A stretch of DNA of 63,568 nucleotides, the filler included, from Sphacelaria rigidula (taxonomy: Eukaryota), in assembly GCA_964200075.2 (NCBI GenBank). It is 7 parts of 7 records of this genome, joined end to end, with 100 filler letters (N's around TTAATTAATTAA, not from the genome) between each part and the next. Parts side by side here need not be neighbours in the genome. Positions count along the whole stretch, not along the records: positions 36,385 to 45,379 come from CAXNAA020009569.1; positions 45,480 to 54,474 come from CAXNAA020009570.1; 5 more parts are not named here. The stretch is one strand, 5' to 3'. This document shows, piece by piece, positions 36,746 through 49,490 of this stretch. Positions within the stretch are counted from its first letter, which is position 1, and each line of letters starts with the position of its first letter. The translations under genes were made by a program, and so were the position numbers. Below the pieces are notes generated by a model, which worked only from the letters and a program-made list of their open reading frames with translations, did no database searches and was not told the DNA's origin.

Positions 36746-39700
36746 GTTGGAAGGACAAAATAAGGAAAATAAGCAAAACCGTGTAAAACGATCAAGGTAG
36801 AAGAGTACAAACAAGACTACTGCCACTATTCTCCATACCAGACCAAATGTCGTGGGCGGTACCCGCGGTCGACAGTGTTTTTACACATGACACTACGTCA
36901 CGAAGCGTTGGCTGAATGAGCTCTAATGCCTTGTTTTTTAGCACTCCCCTCAACGCGACTCAGCCTTTGAAAGCGTTTCTAATACTCCCCCTCAACATGA
37001 CTCAGCCTTTGAAGGCGTTGATCATCTCAACAAGATAGCGGTGCCTGCGTTTGCTGAGGTGCTTGGTCCCTATATCGGCAAGTTGGTCCTCCGTCATGAT
37101 GTAGCGGATGTTAATTTTATACGTACTTGACCAGTTCCTGGGTGAAGAAGTATCGTAAAGCTACATGCTTGACTTGCGAGCTGTAGGTCCGGTTGCCGGC
37201 GACATGGAGAGTTGAGGCATTGTCAATGTAGACGGAAACAAAAGCAAAGCCCGTACTAAACCTAATCTCCCGCATCATCTTCGAGAAAAATACGACCTCT
37301 TTCATCGTGAGTGCTGTGGCTACGAGTTCCACGTCCATGGTCGATTACGCCGTCAGTCATTGCAGTCCCACCTTGAAACTAATCGGGTCATTCGAGAGGA
37401 AAACGAGAAAATGATATATGAAGTCGATTTTCCGTTGTCTGCGTTGTTGCCCCAGTTTTCGTCGGAGAACGCCGTCAATTTAAAACCGCCCTGTTTGTAG
37501 CTGATGCTCTAGTTCGTAGTCCCCGCCAAGTACGTAAGTAAGTGTGTGGCCGCTGCCATGCGCGCCTTGGACGGTTTGGACATCGCCCGCGCAAGTTGAT
37601 TAACGGCGCATTCAATGTCTTCGCGGGTGACCTGTGTGAGGTACATAACGCAGCCTGTGATGGCCTGGAAGCGCTGTTTGTCCTCCTTGTTTAGCAGCTC
37701 ATCCTGCGGAAGATTAAGTGAAAGTTCCTGCCCCACCCCAGGGGTATACACCGGATTGCATTTTTCCATCCCGCATCGCTCCAACAGGGACTTGGTACGC
37801 ATAGCTTTCCTGAGTAATGCTAACCGCCTTTTTTTCGTGGTCGCAAGCACCCTCCATCCCGAGCACCAACGAAGCATCTCCCTTGTTGTTCATCGAAAAA
37901 CGTCTCATTAGTTTCCACTCGATATTTCCCAGGTCGTTCATGTCCTCACCAAGAATAGAACGTCGTTGACAGTGCCCCGCCAGCGGTTTGGGCTGGCGAA
38001 GACCATAGAGGCTTTTGTGAAGCCGCATTACCATCCAGGTTCTATTTGAGTCAAACTCCTCGTAGCCAGGTGCCATTTTTACGTATATCTCCTCCTCAAG
38101 TTTGGTATTCAGGAAGGCAATATTGTAGTCTAACGGCCAACACGCCAAGTCGTACTCCGCCGCTACAGCCAACACCATGCAGATGCTCTGGATCCTGCAG
38201 ACCGGAGCAAATGTATTGCCACAGTCGACGCCGGGAACTTATCCCCAACCCTGCCCGGCTACTCGAGCCTTGTACGAAATATCTGCCTTCCTTACACACA
38301 CCCATCGAGAACCGATCAGCGTATGTCTGGTTGGAACGAAGGTAACCGGCACGATAGTATACACGTTGTTCTTCTTCAGGCTGTCCATTTCTTTGTCCAA
38401 AGCCGTCTTCCAGCGTTCCTTTTCCGGGAGGCTTATGGCCTCATTTAAACGTGTTCGGGATGTTCTCGGCATTCTTCCCCACGGAGAAGCTCGGGAAGCT
38501 GGTCGTGGTGTAGGCATACTCCACGAATGATCATGCCCTAAACGTTTGATGCGCGACATCCGGTAGGAGCGCACTACTGTATAGCGTCAGTTGCCGTAGC
38601 TCGGAGAGCATTTTGTCGTTAACAGCCGCTGCAAGATGCGCGGAAGCTGGGCTGGGCTGTCGTTGTTGGCGCTGCGTTCCTTAAGGGAGCGTGCTGCGAT
38701 GCCCGCGCGTGTCACCGCAGGAGTCACTTGGTGACAAGAGTGTTGAGGGTGGTTGAGCGGTGATTCGGTTGGTGATGTCTCCTTAGACTGGCTAGCCTCG
38801 TCCTGTGAAGGAGCCACAGTTATTCCCGGCGGTTCACCGCCTTCCGGTGATGCTGCTGGTGACGTCCCTTCACGAGGTGTACCACCGTCGTGCAGTATAT
38901 CCCGCCGGGTGATAGTACTGATCCTCTCCAAAAGCTCGGCCACCTGTGGAGTTTTAGAAACCTCCCTAGTAATTGTATGGTCGACAGATACATGAGCTGG
39001 TTGAGCTAGTACGGAGGTGTGGTCGCTAAGATTATGTAAAAAGTCGGCGGCGGCGGCGTCATTACGGTGCTCACTGTCCCCAGATGAAGACGGGTGTATC
39101 AAAAGTTCTGGCTGCCCCGTCGGCGTAAGATGTGGCGGCGTCTCGATGAAAACGACATCCCTGCTCTCGATGATACGTCGTGTGGCGGATCGTAGATCCT
39201 GTAGCTCTTGCTGTGATTACTGTACCTAAGTAACCGTCTTTCGACTGCATTGAGAGCGAGTTTTGGTGTGTGCCGCTCGATATGTACGAAAGCTCTGGCT
39301 CCGATAGCTCGAAGGTGTCGAACATTCGGTTTCATTCCCTTCAGCATCATATGCGGAGATTGCATACCGAGCGCCGAGTGCGGTGCTGTGTTTGCAAGAT
39401 ACGCCGCCGTGAACATCAGTTCTCCCAGAGAAAGGTTGGCAAACCGCTGTTGGCAGGCATGCAGCGGACCATTGCTGCGAGTGTCCTCCCGGCGCGTTCC
39501 GTCATATCGATTTGTTGTGGTGTGTTGGTGATTGCAAACTCTAGCAATACCCCTGTCTACCGGCAGTACCTTCTAAGATCGTTGCCAATGGACTCATCCC
39601 CATTGTCCGCCCTCACTCGCTCGATCCGAACGCTGCCAGGAATGACCCTTGGCTGCATAAATGACTGAAATGCGTGAAGTGCGCCGTCCCTGGTCTTCAG

Positions 39701-40250
39701 GAGATAAATCTTCGCCCATTTTGTGTACTCGTCGAAGATTTTGCAAGCGTACTTGACGCCCCCGAGTGCCTCCGGCATGATCGGTTCCATCAAATCTGTC
39801 ATGACTGACTGGGAGGCGCGTTGCACGTTGTTGTCGGCTGTCATCGGATGAACCAGTTGATGATTTTTCCCAACGGCACAAATGTCCAAGTCTGGTACGG
39901 CCTCACCGAAGTCTACTCCGTTGTCATCGACCGTCTTCAGGTCGTTGAAGACTTTGTACCGCAATCCGGGAATAAGGGTCGAAGAAGTGCCCCGATGCCC
40001 CACTGTCCACTATTACGCGAGTAGTATTGCTGTTGTCGTCGTTCCACTTTTCCAGGGCCGATCTCGCCGCGAGGGCCGACCCATTATTCACGTCGGTGAT
40101 GCCGCCAAATGTTTCCGCTTGCTGCTGAGGTTATTGCTCTACGTTTCTCGGTGGTATAATGAGTTACCGAGCATTAACCAGACGTAATGTATCACGGCCA
40201 ATGTTGCTAATGGACGAGCTAATGGAAGCAGTACCTCTATGATCACCTGC
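36746..40250 (-). mobile_element. Decayed Ty1/copia retrotransposon (integrase, RT, RNase H, PPT, 3' LTR)
   Basis: Integrase: SVMTDLMEPI..KIFDEYTKWAKIYLLK..IERVRADNGDE, MFTAAYLAN..SPHMML, AIGARAFVHIE. RT: ERWKTALDKEMDSL, IGSRWV..YKARVAGQGW, LDYNIAFLNTKLEEEIYVKMAPGYE, RLHKSLYGLRQ. RNase H: VYIDNASTL..QVKHVALRYFF..DQLADIGTKHL. The IN-RT-RH order indicates copia. PPT TGAGGGGAG precedes an LTR starting TG at 36943 and extending to about 36746. The upstream boundary is approximate. Confidence 0.92.
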
Positions 40251-41189
40251 TGCTGTCAAATGCGGCAACAGGTTCGGTTGTGGGGACGAGCGGCCAGAGA
40301 TACTCCGCCTTTGAGGAATTGTCCGAGGGATTGTTCGTGCTCGGCGTTTCCAAGGCGTTCGAAGCGATGGCCGGAGGCTGCTCCCCGTTTTCCTTTTCCA
40401 CCGCACATTTTCGATCGAAAAATAAAGGGCTAAGACACGCATCAAGACCGTGTCTTGTCGAGACCTAAGAAAGAAGCAGTGAAAATACAAAGTGCCCAAA
40501 AGTAGCACGTCGATAAGTCGCCGCAACAAAAGACCCGCCCGGCTTTTAGTCAACATGCTGCTTTTGGGCGTTTGTTCCTCTTCCCGCTTCTCGTTTGGGT
40601 TTCCACATGACACACGGCCTAAGGGCGTGTCTTGCCACATTTGTTTTCGACCGAAAATGAGCTATGGAAAAGGAAAATCCCGATCTGATGGGTCCTGATT
40701 TCAACTATTGTCATTTATGACATGATGGCGCATCATATCGGCATTTTTGTTTCTCACCGCATTTTTTCGATCCAAAAATGATCTGCCGAGACATCGATAC
40801 TCTACCCATTCTTTCGGTGCTTGAGAGAGCGATTTTTCAAAATACCCAGATCTAGCAGATATCCTACCCACTACACCCTTCAAATTTGCCAACACACCGC
40901 ATTAAGAGCCGTGCACTTCGGGTGTGTGGTCCAAGCGTGGCAACCCCGGACGAGAAAGCCAGCTGGAGCTGTGCACCCCATCCCCCCTCCTACCCAGCCT
41001 GGTCCGGCGAAAACCAGCCGTGCTTCTTCCCGGCTTTGTAGGAATGCGAGGTCCACGGTCTTGTGACTATGGTATGCATGATCATAAGTACACCCCCCCT
41101 TCCTGAAAGTACTGATTACCGGTATATTTGGCCCGTAAATCTCTCCCTTTCTCGTCTGTCCCTGCTGCCCGTCCTGTCTACGCTTGCAG

Positions 41190-42341
41190 TCGTTCCACCC
41201 CCTGTTCTTGGGCCCGGACTACATCGGCCCTGCTGTAGACCACTTCCAGGAGATCACCGCACGTTTCCCTCAGGTGACAATATCACACTCGTGCGACGGC
41301 GGATTCTAGACGAGTTCTTGGCCGGTTTTAGTATCTTTGGTGGGATGAAATAACGCTATCTGTGCTCAATCCCTACACAGAATGAAAGTTCTCGAAGATT
41401 CGCTATGCAAACATTCATCTCTACCTGGCGTACGTTGCCTCTTCCAACTTCGGTTGCACTGGACAGTTCTGGGTGGCGGCTCTTTTGGCCATCGCTTTTA
41501 TCGAGTACAACCAGATCAACACCGCGTTCGCGGAGCCCGGATCGATGACTGGTGAGGGTGGATTGAAAGAGGACTACATGCCGGGAGACCTCGGGTTCGA
41601 CCCCCTCGGCCTCATGCCCAAGGACGAAGAGGGCCTAGCCATCATGCAGACCAAGGAGCTCAACAATGGACGCCTTGCGGTATGTCCAGTTCCGTGTTTG
41701 CTGTGCTATCCAGGCCAATCCAGGAGTCCCTCCATGTGTTGTATTTTTAAGTAGGAAATATGTCGTACAGTTCCTTGTGTCGTGAAAATTGTAACAGTAT
41801 TCCGGGCACAAAGGTCCTTTAACACGAAGATTCAAGTAGGAGCCGTACGTCACCCAGAACAGTTTCTGTGGTGCAGCCGTCGCTTAGATTGCGACTGAGA
41901 CAGGTGATATTAACCCTGAATAAAAGGACACAACGTCAATGTGCACATCGAAACACGTGGCCGCTTCGTGACCTGAGGTGCGTATTCCGTGTGGTCGTTG
42001 CTATGGCTCTTCTGCATGCGTGTTGCAATCGCTTTGGACGTGTATTCTCTGGCAAACCAGACACGCACCCTTGCGCTTGGCAACCGCTATCCATTGTCCT
42101 GAACGTTGAAGTTGAACATGAGAGATTGCCCACAACGTGATGAAATCACGACGCAACTCTGTTTGTCGGTCGGCGTTGCGTCTATTGGCTACAACCCCCG
42201 CCTTGCTAGCGAATATTGCGCTCTTACCACCGACGGCGCTCTTTGCCTCTTCTTTTTGCCCTGCATCTTGTTCCGCAGATGATTGGCATTGCGGGGATGC
42301 TGGTGCAGGAACTTGTTAGTCCAACGAACATTCTCGGCTAA
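41190..42341 (+). CDS. LHCX: Light-harvesting complex protein, LHCX/LI818 (LHCSR)-like fucoxanthin-chlorophyll protein; last three exons
   Basis: Exons 41190-41273 (SFHPLFLGPDYIGPAVDHFQEITARFPQ), 41467-41679 (FWVAALLAIAFIE...YMPGDLGFDPLGLMPKDEEGLAIMQTKELNNGRLA) and 42279-42341 (MIGIAGMLVQELVSPTNILG*), all phase 0 with cag|...|gt boundaries. GFDPLG and ELNNGRLAM are diagnostic for the LHC family. The HPLF..GPAxxHFQ segment points to the LI818/LHCX clade, so the subfamily is less certain than the family. Confidence 0.9.
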
Positions 42342-43337
42342 GCGCGATCGAGCATGCTCAAGGGGCGGGGCCACTGCAGTAGAGCACTGATACAGCACAC
42401 GGTTCGGTTCATTGGAAGCTCGCGATGGTTGAGTGTATTTTACACCATCAACAGAACCCCAGCAAGCGTGAACAGGGGAATTTCCGTATATCGAGGGGAC
42501 TCTCTTGTTGTTGTGCCATGGACTCGTTTGACTGCTTGTTGGGGCGCCAAACTGACACTTGTGGTGAATCGGTCCGAGACGAGCGATCCTGTTCTGTCGG
42601 GGACATGTACTTCGTGTATTTTGCGTGGTTGTAGTGTGCGTTTCGGGTGACTCCTCCGCTAAACGAGAGCTTAACGGCATCACATTCTTCAGAGGAGCAT
42701 AAGGTGAATCGGACCCAGATGTATGAACATGGCGCCATCTTAAGCTGAAGTCGAGGCGAGCCTCCTCAACTGGGCAAACATGGGAATAAGTACGTTTGAT
42801 GCGTTGGCGTCTTTGTTGCGTCGATCAAGGTACATGAATGCTGGTATCTGGGCCTATGTACGCAACTTGGTGACAATGTGGATAGAACCAACCGGTAGTC
42901 TGCAGCGCTGACACGACAAAAGGAGGTGGCGGCTTTTGACGCGGAACAATGGATGAGTTCTCGAGACGTGAATTGTTTTGGTACTACAAGGTATCCTCAT
43001 ACTCCATCATATCCACTGAGACCCGTTTGCTCCGCATGACCTACCATGCCAGGTACGACGTGGCCCTGATAACGCAGGTCAGCTGATACGGATGGAGTCA
43101 GCATGTACTGCAGGCAGAGCTTAGTTTGCTTCGCTCACGTCTTCAGTTTTGTCCACAGCACGCATAACACAGGGTGCAAGTTAGTACTATGTACAGGACA
43201 TGCACCTGCCAGTGTAGAATATTTCGTGTTCGAATCACCTTGATTGGTTGCCTGGTCGACGCGTCTTAACAAATTGAGACAGTTTCAAATGTTGGGTTCG
43301 GAGGGGGCGTAGCTTTCAGTTTTGAGACATTGACCCA

Positions 43338-45379
43338 GGTTTTGAGCCCAAAACATGGAATACCACCATCACATGTTGGGGTGTCCAATACATGTGATTC
43401 GATAATCTCTGTAAGGGGTCTAAAAGCTGGATCAAATGTACCACGGTTCGGACGAATCAGAGTTCATACGGGTTGACTCCCCATGAATGTTGAATGCGAA
43501 TCATGCACCACAGAGTCGAAGATGAACGTGGTAGTCGAAGATGAGCAGCTAGTATCCATGTGCACGTCGACCAATAGTCACGCAGAGGTATCGCTTCTCT
43601 GTGACTCGGGAGCGAATGTCCACATGACTCCCGGGAAAGAAGATCTCAGGAACACGCGTACAGTTCATCGAAGCTGTACATTTGGAAACAAGGGGCAACA
43701 ACAGGCGCTGACAATGGGAGAGATTCCATTACACGTGAGCGTTCTAGGCAAGGAGGCTCTGGCAAAGGTCACACTGAAGGACACACTTTGGGTCCCTGGA
43801 CTACTTGCTGGCTGCTGAATACCGGAACGAGTCGGCGTGACGGAAGAAAACTCGTCGACTCCGGCAGGAATGAGAGCTACCTTCGCTTCAAGAAGGATGC
43901 ACCGAAGATCCCTCTAGCCGGTGATAAACGGTTCCTGACTCTGCCGGCATCCGTGCAGGGGAATGGCAAACATGCGGCGTCGGCGCACGCTTCGTTCGCA
44001 AATAAGAAGCAGCGCCTAGCATTGAAGCAGTGGCACGACACCTTGGGACACATCGATCCGGCTGCCATAAAACACCTTGAGAAGCGTGGGCTGATCGATT
44101 TCACTGATACCACGGTGGCGTCCGAGATGCGCAGCAGCGTCTGCAAGGAGTGCAAGTCCGAAGCGCTCAGCTACGGCCGCGGGGGCGGGAGTCCCAAAGC
44201 ACCAGGTGAAGTCGTGCATACTGACCTCGAAGCGCCTTTCCACGCCGATGTCACGACCATGAAATAATTTGAGGTTTCGTGAACGAGGCCAATCCAGCCA
44301 AGCACGTTGTTGCACTCAAGACACGCTGCCACTGACGCAGCGGAAGTCTGTATCGACGAAATGGCCCGTGAGGGGGTGGCCATCAAATGCATCAGCGGAG
44401 ACGGCACTGGGAACTTGAACGGTCTGTCAACTTTTAACGCATGCTGGCCAATCGCAGCGTCGAGTGCCGCTGCTCACCGCCAAGGACACCGCAAAGTAAT
44501 GGAATTGCTGAACGTGCAATTCAACAACTGGTGACGATAGCATGCAGCCAACTGGTGAAAGCGGGACGCGGCGAGGAGTACTGGTTCGTTGCTGTGGTGG
44601 ATGCGGCATTCAAGACCGGAGGGATGCCCCACGAGTACCTCGGGGGTGAGACCCCATGTGAGAGGCTGACAGGGTAGCCTTTCAACCATGGCCGACTTTG
44701 TACTTGGGGATGCGAGTTTCTTGCCCACCAGCACAAGTAGTAGTGCGGCGCCGCTACAAAGTTCCACCCATATACGAAGCGGGGCATCTTGGTTGGGCAC
44801 GATCGCAACTCGCTCTGCTGGTATGTACGGGTAATAAAGGTATCCAAGCTCGTGAAGTCTTCACATATCACGTTCAAACCGGAAGCCAAATTCCTAGATA
44901 TTGTGGGGGAGCTCAAGGCTGTCGAGCTAAGTGACGATGAGGACGAACCATGAGAAGAACATAAAGCAGCACAAATCGACGACGATGATGGTCCAGGTGG
45001 ACAGGCACCACAGGACCCGACATCATTGAAGCGATCTTCTCCGGACAGTGGACTGTGCAGGTTCAGTTTACTGGCGCAACGGGATAGGGGGGACAACACA
45101 CTGCAACGCTCTAGGGGTTCTGACGACAGCAGCTCCGATGACGAAAGTTCCTCGCCGCCCTTTTATAGATCAGGATAAAGACGCATTCTGCATACTCGGG
45201 GGGGGGGGGGGCGTACTTATTAGTTGCTTGCCTTAGTCGTTTGACAATTGACCACGCAGCCCATTCTTCGGAGACGGGGCAGGGGGGGGGGGGGGGGGGA
45301 ATCGCCACTGGCCCACAACAGTCGACAGCGAAAAAAGCCCTGGCAGGGCCTGATGCGGAAAGATGGGGAGGAGCCGTGG
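43338..45379 (+). mobile_element. Decayed Ty1/copia retrotransposon (protease, pre-integrase, integrase, start of RT), cut by the contig end
   Basis: Protease LLCDSGANVHMT. Pre-integrase LKQWHDTLGHI...CKECK. Integrase GEVVHTDLEAPF, IKCISGDG, SPPRTPQSNGIAERAIQQL, GGETPCERLTG. PQQSTAKKALAGPDAERW marks the RT start. PBS-like GGTTTTGAGCCC at 43338-43349. Confidence 0.88.
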
Positions 45380-45479
45380 NNNNNNNNNNNNNNNNNNNNN
45401 NNNNNNNNNNNNNNNNNNNNNNNTTAATTAATTAANNNNNNNNNNNNNNNNNNNNNNNNNNNNNNNNNNNNNNNNNNNN

Positions 45480-46172
45480 CTCTCAGTTCCGAGAGGAGTA
45501 AGCACATAGACGTGAGATATCACTTCATTCGAGAGCTGGTGGGGACGGGAAAGGTCAGGGTTGTACATGTAGGCTCAGGATGGCAGCATGCAGATATTTT
45601 GACAAAGTCTCTTCCGATCAGCCTGTTTACGAGGCACAGGTGTTTTTTCATGAACTTGGAAGGTGACAAGTAGGTACGTTTTTTTGTGTGTGTACTATTG
45701 TGCTCGTGCCGGGTACTTATAGATGTTCAAGTGATGCATTCATGCGCATGTTGGTTCAAGCCACCCACGCTACTTTGAGGGGCATGGGTTTTGTAGGGCG
45801 TTTCCTGACATGTCGTATATCTGCCTTGACCGGCGTCCATGGATTATCTAGATGGAGCACAAGCTGTTGAGGGGAGGGGTTTTTTGCCCGGATGACCGGG
45901 TTTCCCCCTTGAAACTTTGTTTTTGAGAGAGAGAGAAAGAGAAAGCCACGACGACTGATGTACCGGTTCAGAGGGGGTGTTCATGTGAACAGGTACACTG
46001 AGTGAACATGCACACGTGCGGGTAGATTAATGCGAACGTGCGGGTATTCGTAGTCGAGTGTGTGTGACTACAGCACCCTGCTCACGGCAGCTACGACGCT
46101 GCCTGCTGAGCCCACTCAACATCTGATCCCTCAGTCATAGGGTCAACTCAGTCTAGGCACTCTCCAATAACA
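45480..46172 (+). mobile_element. 3' end of a Ty1/copia element: RNase H C-terminus, PPT and 3' LTR (45978-46172)
   Basis: SERSKHIDVRYHFIRELVGTGKVRVVHVGSGWQHADILTKSLP...*. PPT AGAGGGGG is immediately followed by TGTT...AACA (195 bp). This is a different contig from 43338-45379. Confidence 0.85.
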
Positions 46173-46509
46173 CAAAAGACAAAACTACCTATCCATCGCC
46201 ACGGACCACGGAATATCTTAGAGGCGGACAGCCTGAGTTGCCACGATTTTTATCTTTATTCCACTGGTCATTATGGGGCTTGTCTGGACTACGCACTGCG
46301 GTATGGCAGTGCAGACACAAAAACATATGCAGTGGTCTTATTTTGTCCTTTATTCTACTCAAGTTCTCGTCGTACACCTTGGATGAAACCACCAAAGCCG
46401 AAACCTTTCACCAAACGCCACCACCGACGGAAAGAACAAAGCCCGAAAGCAAACGCGTACTGGCACTGAACGATATTTCTTGCAATCAATCTCGGCTCTC
46501 TCTCACTCA

Positions 46510-46755
46510 TGCCGAGATACCCCCCCCATGAGTACACAAAAAGTGCACGATAGACCGTCCGACAAGCCGGCTGCGATCCCACTATTGGGCTCATTTGCAA
46601 CAATGTCGCCCACATGAAAGGCTTGTAGCAGTCCGAAATCAGCTATAAGGCCCGAAGAGGTCGCGTCGTGGAACACGAAACCAGCTCTAACGGCATTTAT
46701 GACTATCGCCTCCGTGCACATTTTTGGCCGGTTCGGTGGGGGGGCTATCTCGGCA
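46510..46755. mobile_element. MITE with TGCCGAGATA-C-run TIRs
   Basis: TGCCGAGATACCCCCCCCA ... TGGGGGGGCTATCTCGGCA. No clear TSD. Confidence 0.55.
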
Positions 46756-48506
46756 GCAGCCCTCTTCAACATTTCGTGGAACGGTATACCGGTACCACGA
46801 CAGCTACCGGAGGCTCGTGCCGTGTGCTGGATGTTGTCGTGCTGTGGTTGTGTGCCCGTGTGTACTTGCTATGTTTCAGGCATCTTCAGATCTTGTTCCT
46901 TCGGCAGTACTGTCGCAGATTGTTCCTTTACACCGGCGAAGATTTACTCAGTATCACACATGGCGGGGTTATCGCACAGGGTGTGCGTTGAAAGACCCTT
47001 GTGTCATCGAAATTATTTACTCAATATCGCACATGTCGTTGAGATGGCACAGGGGTGTGCGATGGAAAAACAGTACCAAACGATTTAATTCGATTTTCGC
47101 ACAGGGGCGTGGTGTTCGCACAGGGGTCGTGAGAACGCACCCCTGTGCGATCACAGAGCAACTTACGGTAGTTACTGTCATATTCCGAAGGTTTCAATTG
47201 TCTGAGACCAAGGCTGGAGAACATCACGGGAAGAGGGGCGGATACTTCCACTATCAAGAGCTCGCCTCACGGGCGGTGTGAGGACGTGAAGAAATCTGCA
47301 TCGCTTGCGAGTTATGTTACAGCATAGATTGCAAGCGATTTCTACTGGAAAAACGTGCCGGATCGGTAGCGCACGACGAAGTTCGTGAAGTATTATGTAC
47401 ATGCGGGCCCCGCCCCGTCTGCATTGGTCTGAACACAAGTGATACAGTACTGTACAGCACATCATATACTGTGGTTACTGCTCACCACCCGCATCAGTGA
47501 CGCCCGTAGCTGCGCAACGTGCTCGATGCACAGCAGCAACGTGCAAGGTGATATGGCACACCAAAGAGCGTAACATCCTTCGTATATCTATGCCCTGCAG
47601 TGATTTCCACCTATCTTCCGCAGTTCACCGCAGCATGTACCCAGCCGCTTCTGCTGCCGTTCATGTCTACGGGTAATACCACCTGTCGCAGGTCCAGATT
47701 ATTGTAAACCGACCGTCTTACAGCTGTACTCGGCAACATATTTCAGTACTGTGCGCAGTACACTTTTTTTTATACTGAACAGAAGTATCTCGTCCATCTT
47801 GGTATATATTTTTACATATAAAGTTGGGCAGTGGGACCGTGGCGTTGTCTTCAAAATATGGCCGAAATGGAAGTGAGGAAATCACAGAAGTATTCACGAC
47901 AAACGGGCAAGATCACCCTCTGCGACACAACAGGCACGGAGCTAACGGTGTTGATGCGTGGTGTTGGCCGCAGTACGCCCCGCACGCAAGATCAACACAT
48001 CGCCGGCCGTAGTGTAATCAAGGCTGTACTAAGTTCAATTCACTTCGAAGAACACGTGCTCAAAACTGCAATGTGACGAAGAAAAGCATGGTATATCATC
48101 ATGTACGGGCTGATATCCCATCCGAACGACAAAAGCACGGTAGACCATAAACATCACAGAGTAAGACCATGCTGCGTGCGGCTCACCCCGACTAATGGTG
48201 CGCAGCCGATCGTTTCTGATCATGACCCCATCCTCATCCCCACCCCCGATCAACGATCTCTTCCTCCTTCTCCTTCCGCTCTGGGCCGTCAGTAGTGTGC
48301 GCTCCGCGTCCGGTACTCGTCAGTCAGTCATCTCCACTTTGGGCCGCTGCTGTTGGGGCATCTGCCTCTTTCCTTTGTTCTTGGGTTTGATGGTGGTATT
48401 CTCGCCTCGAATCTTCCGCTGCAATAGAGCAACACCCCCTCCCCACATCGGCAGACTGAAAGTTGTCTGCTGTCTGCTGTCTACTGTGCTGCATTTGTTT
48501 ATACAC

Positions 48507-48602
48507 TGTGCGTGTGTGTTGTCGTCCCATCTATTCTGGACGCCGGTCTAGACCTTTTGGTATGTGTTGGTGCACCAGCCGGGGTCACACACACAGAAGG
48601 TC
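48507..48602 (-). mobile_element. 3' fragment of SINE family A
   Basis: GTGTGTGTTGTCGTCCCATCTATTCTGGACGCCGGTCTA...GCACCAGCCGGGGTCACAC matches the other copies. Confidence 0.75.
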
Positions 48603-48899
48603 CGTGTTCAGGTTCTGAAAATAAAAAAGACTGCAGAACTGCCTCGTCTGGTGTTGAGTGTAGTACTCTGCACTTCATATACCACTGCAGAGTTGTCTGG
48701 TGCTGAGTGTACCACCCTGTACTCAAGACATTGGGGTCACTTTTTTAGCAGCTTTTCAAAAAGTTCTGCTCGTTTTTTTAAAGGCTCTGCTCGTTTTTTT
48801 ACAAGTATTCCGGAAAAAACGAGAGTGTTTTCTGTTACAGAATTCTAATGCCGAATCTGGAATAGCCTGAGACAACAACCAATGTGAAAATTGGAGCAG

Positions 48900-49490
48900 C
48901 ATGGATCATATGTGCATGCTGTACTTCTCTCCTTGATTCGTGCAGCATGAATCACGTGATTCATGGACATGTTTTCCACCTTGCAGTCGTGCATCATGAA
49001 TTATAGGTATACAGCATGTTTTCCTACTTTCATTCATATGAGATGAATGAACCGTACATGTTTTCCACCTTGCATCCATGCATCATGAATCATGGGTACA
49101 TGTTCCTCACCTTCAGTTCATACGGGGTGAATCAAGCGTACATGTTCCCCGATTTCCATTCAAGCAGAATGAATCATAAGTACATGTTCGTTTTTCATCC
49201 ATACAAAGTGAATCAAGCGTACATACTTTCCCAATTTCCATTCATGCAGTATGGACCATACGTACACACTCTCCACCTCCGATCCATACGAGACTACTCA
49301 AGTGTACATGTCTCCCATCAACGATTCATGCAGGAAGTGTGATTCGTACATATTTTGCACTCTTGGTTCGTTTGACATCACCTTGGGTATACACATTCCC
49401 AGTTCGTGATTCGTGCGGTATGACCTTGAGCATACAACTTCACCATGTTTGACTCACACCGGATGACTTTTGGTACATGAGTCGCATTCA
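48900..49490. repeat. Diverged ~42-bp minisatellite array
   Basis: Recurring GTACATGTT..C.A..TT.CA.TC.TG....TGAATCA units at ~42-bp spacing. ORF 49016-49342 shows a 14-aa periodicity (YMF...MN). Confidence 0.8.

Noticed and set aside
43338..46172. A single copia element spanning the gap at 45380-45479
   Set aside because: The domain order fits, but the two halves are on separate length-sorted contigs, so adjacency is not evidence of linkage.
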